64,000 nt of DNA. Origin: Blasia pusilla. Taxonomy: Eukaryota. A program made the translations under genes and the position numbers. Positions 1 through 11,725 of the stretch are shown here, piece after piece. The notes beneath the pieces were generated by a model. The model saw only the letters and a list, made by a program, of their open reading frames with translations. It ran no database searches and was not told where the DNA came from. Each line of letters starts with the position of its first letter. Positions within the stretch are counted from its first letter, which is position 1. The stretch is taken from assembly GCA_050084515.1 (NCBI GenBank), contig CM114271.1, positions 30,008,001-30,072,000 on the forward strand, read 5' to 3'.

Positions 1-408
1 CCCACACTATGCTTGGACCCTACTCGTGCTAGGGCCATTTTTTTGTTGGGAACGCACGTGGGCAGGATGCAAGCTTTGCAAGCCCGCATCATGTTTGCAC
101 CTCACCCTCTTGCGTCTTGCCGATACCCTGCTTGCACATAGAAATGGACTTGTCCATGGACATACCATCCCACACAAGTACCTCGCTTGTATAGGCCAAT
201 CATGGGCGAGGGTTGCGGGCCAGGTGGGTGGGTGGAGCCCAATGCAAGAATGGTCACAGATGATGCAGTATGCGGCCCTTGTTCTTGCATCATGCCCCGC
301 CCAATGCATATCCCTACCATGACCCCTGCCCTCTTCCGGCTTGCGCAGGCAGACGCTGATCAGACCCAAATAGGTGCACGATGACATGCCCGTTGCTATG
401 CAACCTTG
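1..408. mobile_element. Right part of a hAT-like non-autonomous element (same TIR family as 685 and 4746-5014)
   Basis: Ends in ATGCAACCTTG (398-408), the reverse complement of the TIR CAAGGTTGCAT at 4746. The left end lies outside the window. Confidence 0.45.
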
Positions 409-684
409 GTTATGAATCTACTTTGAATCAAGATAAAAAAAATTCTCACACGAAAATCACAACTTGAACTTTTTTTTCACTCTTAGAAAATTAATTGAAA
501 AAAAATTCATATTTGCAATTAACTCACAAATTTCTTTCAGTGTTCTTTGGGGAATAGGGGAAAGGATCAATATTGGAAAGGAACATTTCCATGAAATTTG
601 TAGAAACCATGAACTTTTCTTCATGGTAGGGATGTAAAATTCCACACGTTTGTGGTTAGTGAGGTTTATGCTTATAATCTCAAC

Positions 685-850
685 CAAGGTTGTATGTGGA
701 CAAATTCCGTGTTCATGGACATGTTCATGACCGTCCTATGGAAGGACTTATCCGTATGAGCCCTACTTTTCCCTTTTTTCTCATTCCCCTTACTTGCCTT
801 CGTGTTCCATACTCCCAATTTCTTCCTCCCTCCACCTCCACTCCCTCCTC
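685..850. mobile_element. Left part of a hAT-like MITE, paralog of 4746-5014
   Basis: CAAGGTTGTATGTGGACAAA...CTATGGAAGGACTTATCCG aligns with 4746-4870. No right TIR found nearby. Confidence 0.55.
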
Positions 851-1898
851 CCTCAATGTCAAGGAATTGGCTAGAAGAATTTCCATAGATCAAGTAAATA
901 AGATAGCATATTTTGATGCTATTAGTGACGATTGCAGATGGTAATTGTATAAAGTCCTATCCCAAATGAGGATGCAATGGAACACGACCCTCTTCCACTT
1001 CCCATAACCAATCGACTATGATATCATTGAGCGGAAATTAATCTCTCCACGTCCATTAACGACCCACCAACACTTGCCATCTGCATAATACACCACGAAA
1101 CTATTATATAAATATGGTGATTGCAAAACAAAATTTTCAGAATTCCTTTAATTTTAAAATAATTTGATTAAATTTGAGAGAAATTTTTAATTAAGAAATT
1201 GTAAATTTGTATTGGGTCGGGAATAGGGTTGGTGACCTATCCAAGTGGAAAATTAAATGGGGAATTTTTTAAAAATCAAGGGGAAGAAGAGAAATAGTGG
1301 AGGGAGGTATTCTTCTTTAAGAAAATAAAATCCCAGGTTTGGTTAGGGAAAGGGTCGGAATCTTACCCGAACCTATCCCCAACCTCTGCCAACCCTACCC
1401 TACTCCGTGCAGGGCGATTGCCGCCGCCACCGCCCTAGGGTGGTCGATCGGCTCAATAGCCATTCGATTAAAATGGCCAAATCTATCTGGCCGTTCGTTC
1501 CCCTGCCAGCCCCCTCACTCGCCCTCTCACTCGCCCTTCCACTCCCCCTCTACCTCTGCCCTTCCATTCTTCCTTGTTCCTCTGCTGGTCTACGGGATTT
1601 CAGTCCACGCGCTGCTCCTCTCACCCCGTCTTGGTCCGCCCACATGCCCAAACTACAACTGGGAGGCTTCTTGAGATCCCAAGATGCAACCGGGATCCTT
1701 CTTGAGATCCCAAAATGCAACTGGGAGTTGCTTTCTTAGAACGCCGACTGCAATTTGGACTTCATTTTTAATGCAGAAAGCAGAATTGTAAGAGTCGAGC
1801 TAGATGGTGCCTAGTACATAAAACTTAATGGTAAGAGTAGAGTTGGATCTTACATAGAATATTCCATGTACTAATAATGATCCGATGCGGATATGAGC

Positions 1899-2123
1899 CA
1901 ACGTCCGGGGAGAACCGGCGTTACGTGTTGAGCTGGCCGGTAGAATTTGAGAATTGCCGAATCAGGTCGTCAGTTACCGGCCAAAAACCGAGGGTTCAGG
2001 GAGGGTGTCCTTCGTATTCGTATCTGTTTAGCCGGCTGGAATGAAGAGAACTTTGAAAATTTCCGCTCGGGTTTGTAGAGACCGGAAATGTACCGGTTGT
2101 CACGAAAAAACTCCCGGACCCTG
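1899..2123. mobile_element. hAT-type MITE (225 bp)
   Basis: Imperfect TIRs CAACGTCCGGGGA / CTCCCGGACCCTG. Perfect 8-bp TSD ATATGAGC at 1891-1898 and 2124-2131. Many internal (A)CCGG subterminal motifs. Confidence 0.8.
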
Positions 2124-4745
2124 ATATGAGCACACAAAGATGGCACAAATGTTTGTTAATATTTGAACTGTCGAATAAAGCTTCGCATTAACTCTCAATA
2201 GTGAAATGGTAACATTGAAGAAATCGTTACTTGAGTGTCCATTGAGCTCTCACTGTATCTGATCAGAGTTTCTAAACTTGGTAAACGTATCAATAAAATG
2301 GTCCAAAGGCCTCCAAGAAGCTTAAAAAGAGTCTTCGAGGAGATAGACATCTTGATGATCGGATGTCCTTCCTCACGATTGTAACAACCTCTAGGACATA
2401 ATTTAAATATATGACTAAAAAAAACCGTTACAATCAGATGGACCTATTGAAACCCTTAAATATCCTCGTAACTATATGAAGTGTACCAAAAGACCTAAAC
2501 GAAGTGAGCCTCCCCAAGTGGTTGGAAATGCCACGTGTCACACTCTTGACTATTTGTGAAATGAGAAGGTACTCTCTCATAATACTATAGATTATGTAAC
2601 TATAAAGTAGTTCATGAGTGAGAACTAATGGACCGCATGATATAAACACAATAACACACTTAAGGCGATTATTATGTGTGTGTCAAACTTATGGTTCAAA
2701 AATATTTTTTAACTTGTTATTTTGGGTAAAATGTGCAAGATAAGGATTATCCTTACCTCAAATATTTTCTTGTAAGCACATTCTTCAAGTATGCCCTTCT
2801 TGAAAAGGACACATTATCGGATATATGGACAAATAGAAGCAATGGCCAAAATGATGGATGTCTGTTTTTTGGATTTGAATTGTAATCATCATGATATAGA
2901 TATTAATGCATGATAGATATTTAAGGAGTTAAGCATCTTTGCACGACATACCTAAAGAGAATTAATTTGACCACTTTAAGGTTGAAGACGACTTGTTGAA
3001 AAGGTGGATAATTTATGTGTGAAAGTTAGACCCTGGTTTTGGGTCATCTAGACCTATTTTGGGGCATTTATCTTTTTTTATTAAAGTAATTATTTATAGC
3101 CTTTTTTACTTTCCGATTGGCAAGTGGGTCGTTAACCACTACTATGTGTTACAATAACAGAGGTGATATGTGCTAAGAGGTCACCAATGAGAGGCCCTAA
3201 GGAGAGAGGGGGGATATATCTCATGGGTATAGGAGGTTAATTTCTCCTTTTATTGAATCTTGTTATATGAACCATATGAGTTTTGGTCTTATAGGTTTCA
3301 TGTTTTCATGAGTAACCTCCACCTCTTACTAGGAGAGAAGATTTTATTTGAAAATATATAGGAGTAATGGCAAAAGTATGTATGTTCTCCTTGCTGATTT
3401 ATTTCCAATCATGATTTTTATTTAATAATAAGATCTTTTCTCCCTTGTAAAAATTCAAGTTGGCACCACAATTAAAAAGATAAAAAAGAATTCGTTGCAA
3501 TTCTCCTTAATACTTACAATGATGTATGTGATAATGCAAAAGCACATGCTCTATTTGACCACATAATATTACAAGACAAATCATTATTTGAACATTTCTA
3601 CACCAAGGTTGCAATTTTATCATATATGATAATTATAGAATTTTCTTATGCACAACAAATATGATACTAATTATCACTCTCATTCATTTTCAAAACTTAG
3701 AAGAAATGGTTTACATGATATGCAAGAAACTTGATCATTTTGACATGTGGAGAGAAGACCTTCGTCCAATGTAAATTTTCTTCTTGGAGAGGATTGAAGA
3801 TATGGATTGTTCCCACCCATGTACAAAGTGAATTATGCAGTTTTGTATGCTTGTCCATGGAATTTGAAGGGCATGATTAAAAACTACGAGAATAAAAATC
3901 ATCCCTTTTTATGTGAGAAGGGAAGACCTTGGCTCCCTTTTTGCCCATTTCCCCTTCAACCCATTTAATATTTTCACCACTTTTAGCTGAGCAAACGCGG
4001 ATTTTTTTATTCCTTAACACTTGTGATAAATGGAGCTTCCCCTTTATATCACTTTTTCTTCCTCTTGGAAATTGAATGTTTTAAAATTTCAATAAATAAA
4101 AGGTTTATCTAATAACATGTTACAAGATATATAAAATACCAGTAGCATGAGAGAACATGATTCCTTCTTTCTAAATAGAATAAATTTAGAAAGTGTATAT
4201 ACTTGTGGAACAAAGATCTCAAAATTAGGGGAAAATTCCCTTAAAATAAATCTTCAATGGAAAATCCAAAGAACACAAAATTGCATTATCTATGGCTCCA
4301 AAACCAAAGTAATAAGAGCAATAGCCATCAAAATGTAAGAATTTTGTTACAAGAATAAGTGGTAAAAGGATCGAAGTGTTCGGTTTAATTTGGAAAGGTT
4401 TCACACTTATCACAATACCCATAAGGATAGAATATTTTTAAAAAAAATTTATGGATTTGAGTTTTATGAACACCTCCTATAAGATTTCACATAAACTCTA
4501 TTAGTCACTCTTTGTTCTCCCAATGTTATCTATTTTATGATTTTCTTCCAATTGACGAAGAGTAAACCTAACCCCATTGTGACAATAAAATTTATGACTC
4601 AACATTGACCATCTTGTAGGATGAGTTTTTTATCACCCTCTAACTATAGAACTATATCGTCTAAGTCTCGCTTGGAGGACTTATTTAAGGATCCCACGTT
4701 GAAGTACTAAACTAGGCCTAACTCATAGATGTTTTCACCATTTAC

Positions 4746-5014
4746 CAAGGTTGCATGTGGACAAAGTTCGTGTATGCGGACATATCCATGTCCGTGCTAT
4801 GGAAGGACTTGTCCGCGTGGACCCCATCTTCCCCTTCTTTCTCATTCCCTCCACTTTCCTTCATATTCCATACTTTCTGATTTCTTTCTCCCTCCCCCTT
4901 ATTGTCCCACTCATCCTTGCCCCACCTTCCATCATAAGCTATAAGTATGGGCCTCACCTCTTATAAGTCATGTCCATGAATATGTCTAGACTTGTCCGTT
5001 TTTATGCAACCATG
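4746..5014. mobile_element. hAT-type MITE (~270 bp)
   Basis: TIRs CAAGGTTGCAT / ATGCAACCATG. 8-bp flanks CCATTTAC / TGATTTAC (6/8 match). Paralogous ends at 398-408 and 685. Confidence 0.7.
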
Positions 5015-8000
5015 TGATTTACGAACTTTTTCTTGGAAATTTTCTCAAGCCATAAATTTTGAACATTTTTCCTCTTTGCTCTCCCTAAGAAAGTTTTACA
5101 TCCATTTAGAAAGATGGAAAGTCATGGAAGCATGCAAAGAATAAATAACTGCAAACATGATACTGGAAGCAAAGATAGGCAAACATTTAAGGAAACTTTG
5201 TAGAACCTAGAGAAATCACTAAATCTCAAGTTTGTTGTTACAATTTGATTATTAAAAAAATATGGATAAAGAAACATAGCATCAAGACTATAAAGCAACA
5301 AACTTATTGAAGTCTAGTGCACATTGCACTTAACAACGACATTGCGCGACCAGTAGAGCAAAGAACAACACAGACTCATGTTGCAAAGAATAGCATGCAA
5401 CATCGGAGTTTGAATAACATAGAGCACTTATAAAAGAACAAGACCTGAATAAAAAAGAGATGGGGGAACCCATCAATGATCAAAAAGAGGGGAACTCAAA
5501 AATTCAAGAATACCAAGGCCACACACTGCCAAGATGAAGGAAAGAGGGAGAGCCCCCCTACAAGCTAAACTCACCAAGAGCATAGATGACATAAACTACA
5601 ACTAGAGAAGCATGACTACCACTAAGAGGACCTCTAGTTGTAGCATCTTCCACGGCTTGAGCCCGCCTCAAAAGCCTATTGGCTTGGGCATGCTGCAATG
5701 CTATAGAGACTTGTTGTCTATAGAAAAGGAGTGCAGTAAGCTAATAGCCAAAGAAAGCCCATTTCTCGAATAGAGATGATGAGATTAGTTCGGGAGGATT
5801 GAGTCAAACCTCTCCCCCATAGTCCTATAGATATCTCTAAACTATATTATGGGAGAGTACCCTCTTGATTTTCGAACACCTCTTCTTTTGACATATGACC
5901 CTCTCACCAATAGGATCAATTGAAGTTGATATAAGAAGTCAGTTAAAATTTTCGGGGGTTGGTCAAATCATTAGTTATCCTTTTATGCTAACAAATGGTA
6001 ATTTCAATTACTAGTCATTAACCCTTGCATAGCATGGACATCTCTATGGTTAGGAGGAAGGATTGATGTCCTTTGTGAAGAAAACTAAAAGGTTGGGTCT
6101 TTTTTATCCTCTACTTGTTGCAATCTCCCTTGTGCCCATACATAAGATATAACATCCGTCATCACCACCCTAATCCTAACGGGTCATTTCAATTTAAATA
6201 TCCACAAGCAGAAGGAATACGGCATGAAGTAGGGGAGACCTCTCTCACAAGTAATATTAAAATCCTTCCTTGATAAGTTCTCGAATTACAATCCTGTCAT
6301 CCCCAAGGGGACATAGTGTAAAAAACACCCCCAAGAAAGTCTAGGCCAAAAGTTTCTTACCAACAACATGCAGCTCGACGCACCCACAGCAACAAGCTTA
6401 AACGAAGTGACCAGACAAAACATCGCAGCGGAGAGAGTAGCAAACCGCCCGTGGCGACCATTCATTCACGAGCGAGGCCCCGATGCACTACGTGGATTCA
6501 CCCTCGGCCACCATGCAGTGCCAAGTTCCTACTTGTCTTGCCAGTATTTCTACCCGCACCCGGAGAAAGCGGTTCGCCTCCTGCCATCCTTCGAGATTTC
6601 TCAGCCAACTCCTCTGCCGGCGGTCATTTCCTGAACCCAGCGAAGGCCCTGCCACAACCGGTGACCTCCTCGTAGTCACAAGGCCGGTTGTGGTCGGAGA
6701 GGTGTCCTGAACCCGAACCCGAACCCCAACCCCAACACTTGACTAATTTGATTTGATCTGAGACGAGAAACATGTGTATTCATCTTACACTTCGTAGTTC
6801 CAATTGTTGTTATCGGCTTGTAGTTGGTTCCAACGTTCCAGAGGATGTGTACAGTACCCGTGGATTGAGATCCGATGTGAGGATGAACAGGTCTTCAAGG
6901 TTCCGAGCCATCACGACTATGTCCTCGGAGCAACCCAAGGTTTACCATTGAGCGTAAAGCAAGGCTTTCAAGCTCTAGAAGCAAATCGTTGAGGTAGTTT
7001 TAGCTGTCACTCTCTTGGATTTGGTACGTTCGTTTGGGTGTCAAAATCCTGTGGCTTACACTTCTGGAACAGAGGACAGAAGATAAAATCTTTGACTTGC
7101 TGAGCCTGAAGAATTAGGTGTCTTTTACAGCACCGAATCATCATGTCAAGATGGACGTAGTACTCGAGTTTGACTTCCGTGAGATCTACCAACGCGAGCA
7201 AAGACCTGGAAGTCCTGTGATTGGAGATGGCTCGCTGACTATCATAAGCACGGATAATTGGAACTGTTTGACAGTTTGACTCGCTGATTTCATCATGATT
7301 GTTCTCTTCTTACCACTTTCTCACGGGTGTTCGCTGACGGGGATGGCGAAGGGGAAGCTTTAATTTGTCTCCGGATTTCAATGACGGCGTCCTTTTCTTT
7401 CTTTCGACCGATGTAGGAAAAAAAAAAGCTTGTAATACTGTGCGGTGTAAGATCTACCCGATCGGAGGGGATGAAATGGTCGCCTCGAAAGTTCACGGTG
7501 TGCTTCTTTTCTTGAGTCCATGATACACCAGTGGCAGCAACTCTCTCTGTTGTAGGAAGCAGGCCAAGCGAAGACTTGAAGATTAATCACTGTCGTTGCC
7601 CGCGAGATTGCAGCCGGTCTTTCGGTCGTTTGTGGCCTCGTTGGTTGTGGACCAATTCCGTCCGCCTTGGCAATCTCCGAAGTGCTCCCAGGGATGTTCT
7701 TAAAGCGGACACCTCGAACTTGCTGTATGATTTGAAGTTGACAGTACTCTGAAGCGCTCATCCTATGTCGGAAGTCCTTAAACAAGCCTTGAACACTCTC
7801 ATCAATGCCTCACAGTTGTACATATGCCACCAAAGGACTGAATTGTGGACACATTGAAAAATTATCGCTCCCACCACGCCTCGCTTCCAACGGGACATTT
7901 TTAGGGATCGGCATGGCAGTCAAGGGAGTAATCCACTACTCCAAAATCTAATTTATATAGGGTAATCTGATAATCGTTCGGTCTCCCATTATTTTCAGCA

Positions 8001-9571
8001 AAGGGTCACCATATGATTAATCATGGAGGCTGAAATCCTAACAAGAAATTGTTTGCGGATCCGACTGTCTGTCGCTGTAACAAGTCCGAACTCGTGGTAT
8101 TCTCATCAATCCATCTAGCGTTAAACGGCAGTCGGATGTCGGCATGACTGTTTGTTGTGTTCGAATGAAAAGTTTTGAATTTAAAATTTAGAAAGCCCTA
8201 GTCAAAATATTCCGCCTCCCCTGATTAGCGACTTCAAACTCCCGTCCAAAGGACAATGCAAATCTTGATGCTGGTTGCCTTGTGTTGTGGACAGTTTCGT
8301 TCACTCAAAGCCTCACACAAGATGTCAGGGTCGTTGGCTGTACAACAGAGTCTTCTACGAGTAGGTGTGGCATCTCCATCGTCAAAAAATTGCGCACCCA
8401 AGTGCCTGTCATGCTTTAGGGTTCATGGTCTGCCACACCATCCAACATGTTCCACGCACCTGCGACTACATGTCAACCACCAGCTTGACATGTCGACTAC
8501 TGGAGTTCCGTGTTTGCGCGACCTGCATATTCGCAGGATTTATTAAGGACACGGTCTCATGAAACGCGACAGTCTTTAAAAATTTGCAATTTTTTGCGCT
8601 GGTTGAGCTGAGTTGCAATTTCTTCGGGTCCCGGCTCTTGGGCCGTCCGGTTCAGACTTCGGACTTGAGCCCTGTTTCCATTTCGCGAGATTCTCATATT
8701 CAAGTTTCGTATCACTGGTGACTCGTGTCTCCAGTGGGGAACGCAGGAGTATTCCTCCTTTGTTACTCAGTGGCAAATCACACTTCGAGCGTAAGGTGTT
8801 TCAACGTCACTCGCACGCTGAGTCATAATATGTGTGAGGTTTCCAAAGCTTGTAGTATAGCAGATCTCTTCGAATTGTGATGAGCTGGAAAAACTTCCAG
8901 TTCTCTCAATTTCGAAGATCACTTCATCTTTCGCAGGAGCCGTAGAGTCTCTCGTCTGCACTCCGCCACATTAAACACTTTGTCACCACAGCTTTCTGGC
9001 CTCCTAATTCGTTGCGAACTCCGGTAAACTTTCGTATCACGACATTCTCAAATTCTCCTCAACCCCACCCCCCTGACGGCCAGCACGATTCCTGATATAT
9101 AGTTGTTTACTTCAATTCAGCATGGAAATCCTTTCTATCTTCAAATATGGATCTAGGTATTTTTCCAAATAAGTATTGTTTCACAAGAATTTGGATCGAC
9201 TGGCTAGTGACTCATTTGTCTCCAGAATGTGATTAACCCGATGTGTGGGGAGTTTCGATATCTTCATTACCACCATGGAACAAACCGACGCAATCTACTC
9301 GTTCATCATTAGACATAATCCTCCCTGCACATTCACTGTTGTATCGAGAGTACATTACAGGTGAATTACGTGTCCATTAACCGGGGAGGTTTGTCTACAG
9401 TCTAAAGTTGGCGAGTGTAAACTACTAGCAGTCGGTCTTGGACCAAGACCGACTTCCCCTTGATTGATAATCCGAGTTCCAACTCTAGGTTTCGATTTAC
9501 ATGTGCCTACAGCGGGATCGTCACTTTCTTGACAGTCGATCTTAGGTCCTCACTTTTTCCACGCGATGGGC

Positions 9572-10006
9572 TCACTTCAACTTTCCTCGGAGTTTCACAC
9601 CGAGGGCCCTCTCCATCTTCGCAAGAATCTGCTGATTTGGAATTGCTTTTCCCGCCTCGTATTCCTGGACAACTTTAGGTAGCTCGCTAATCAGCTTCGC
9701 CAGCTCGACTTGCGTCAACTTCTTCTCCAGCCGAGCCTTCTGAATGGCCTGCTTCACTTCATGGGACACTCTGTCGATAGCGATAGACTCGGTTTCTTGG
9801 TCGAGCTTGCGGGGGTTGATTGCAGTCTGCCCAGCTTTCTTGTTAGATCCAGCGTCAGGTTTCTTGGTCACCTGCACTTCCGCTCCCGATCTTATTGCAG
9901 CAGCGACGGCTTTCGGATCGCGGGAGTCGGAAGCCTTGATTCCTCTCTTGTGAATGACAACAGGGTCCCAATCCTGAGTGACTGGACCTGTTCCTCTGGA
10001 TGGCAT
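9572..10006 (-). CDS. MBF1c: Multiprotein bridging factor 1c (144 aa, intronless CDS)
   Basis: MPSRGTGPVTQDWDPVVIHK N-terminus typical of MBF1c. HTH region AIQKARLEKKLTQVELAKLISE...VVQEYEAGKAIPNQQILAKMERALGVKLRGK. Confidence 0.95.
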   Translation of the reverse strand: MPSRGTGPVTQDWDPVVIHKRGIKASDSRDPKAVAAAIRSGAEVQVTKKPDAGSNKKAGQTAINPRKLDQETESIAIDRVSHEVKQAIQKARLEKKLTQVELAKLISELPKVVQEYEAGKAIPNQQILAKMERALGVKLRGKLK

Positions 10007-10974
10007 TTCCTCCTGTCCTTGAACACAGTATTAACTCCGATACATTTCCTACGCACATGTAAAACGTCCAACCAGAGACACAGCATAAATTGACAGTTTT
10101 CTTGAAATTACGAAATTGCTGTTCCACCTCACCAGAGAATCAAAACACAGGACTCAAGATCACGCAGGTTTGTCACTTGAATTCAATTTCCAAAGTAGAA
10201 ACCTAATGAATCCATTGGTTCCAAGGATTCTGAAACCGAGATTAGATGCCTTCGAGCTAATGGTTCGGTTTTGAGGATGCTGATAAATTTTCAACGACGG
10301 AGGAAAGAACAACCGCAGCCTTCATACGAAACGACATCTGGTAGTTTGCGCGTCCATAGTTGAATCGGAGTGATCAAAATAGCGGATTAGAGAACACCGG
10401 ACACCTACCTTATCTTACACGCACAAACAAAAACATGTATGGGATTATCACCTTCTAACAGTTACCCCCGGCAACAGGAAAACTGAAGCAACACCGTCGA
10501 ATGGAAATGCGCTCGCTCTACTTCAGTGCGTCGACGAAGACAGCGTCTTGGTACAACAAACACAGGAATTGACTGTGGGTACTTCCTTGAAGATAGATTA
10601 GATCAAATTGCCGGAGCCTAATGCACCAGGATGGCTAGATTTTGTATAGTTGCGCGCGCCGCAGAAGCCAGCTCACGACACTAGATGAAAGGCGACGTGA
10701 CGTATGGCAGGAAGGTAAATATAGTCGCAGACGCAGAGTCGATCGGTTGCACCAACTGCCGAGGCGCCACTACGAAGTGAAGATATTTCGCGGAGCGACA
10801 GTTTCTGGATAACCGACATCGCGCGTTTGAGCTTACTACAAGGTTCTCGAGGACCAACTGGGAGCAAGAGTGTAACTCACCTGTTCTTGACATGTGTCAG
10901 TGTCAAGAACGGTCTAATCTCTAATACGGTTGCGGTTTGGGCTGGAAGGAGGAATTTACTTGGAGACGTCCTCA

Positions 10975-10989
10975 GTTCGAGAAGCTTCA
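10975..10989. promoter_or_regulatory. Perfect 3-unit heat shock element upstream of MBF1c
   Basis: gTTCgaGAAgcTTCa matches nTTCnnGAAnnTTCn, ~970 bp upstream of the MBF1c ATG. MBF1c is a known heat-induced gene. Confidence 0.55.
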
Positions 10990-11725
10990 CGCTGATAGTT
11001 GAATTTGTCGTCTAGATCTATCGGTTCCCTCTTGTTGCGTTCTGCTAAGGGTTTCTAGCTGGTTCTCCCAGGATTCCTGACCATAGGAACTAGCTCTGCT
11101 TCACAGATTTACTTTCAGGATGCTTTGGCGTAAAATGGAAGAGAGAAGATCGGGCGAGTACAAATTGACCATCCTGCATGTCTAGGAAAACTGAACACGC
11201 AGACAGGACAACATATCTCAAATAAAAATACCTGATATACAGTACATAGTTCCCAGCATTTCTGACATTGGACATGGGAGACTTCACTTGGGTTCAAGAA
11301 TCCAACCATGAGTAAACCGATGTAACTGAGAATTCTGTTGGTCCAAGATGCATGGCAAGGTTCAGCTCCCATCACATGCGCATTTGAATTGTGCTTTGGG
11401 GAACTGCTGTTCCTCTTTAAACTGTCAAATCCTAAAGGAGAATTTCTCCGTAAAGTTACAGAAGGGGAAGCCCAAGGGAAACGACCATGCTCAGAACTAT
11501 CCTTTTCAACGAACCGTAGAAAATTCTTATCGGAATGATCTGGAGTAACCTCGGCTTCGTCGTACTCCCCACTTGAAGCATGAAGTCAAGAAAATTACTG
11601 TAAGTAATAAATTTCCTAGAACTCGTCGTACTGTACATGTGAGCACACCTGAGCACCTAACCAGCAGAAGGATAAACTACACCCGAGAGCCGTATACTGA
11701 AATGTGGGGTCCATTAACGAAGGAA

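Noticed and set aside
7-1739. Short overlapping ORFs in the ORF track
   Set aside because: They fall in MITE or low-complexity sequence and show no recognisable protein motifs.
6011-6040. Minus-strand Helitron 3' end (imperfect hairpin + CTAG|T)
   Set aside because: The hairpin is weak and I could not identify a matching 5' end or paralog, so it is not listed as a feature.
6709-6736. (AACCCG/AACCCC)n telomere-like tract
   Set aside because: Only about 4-5 degenerate units and not the plant TTTAGGG repeat.
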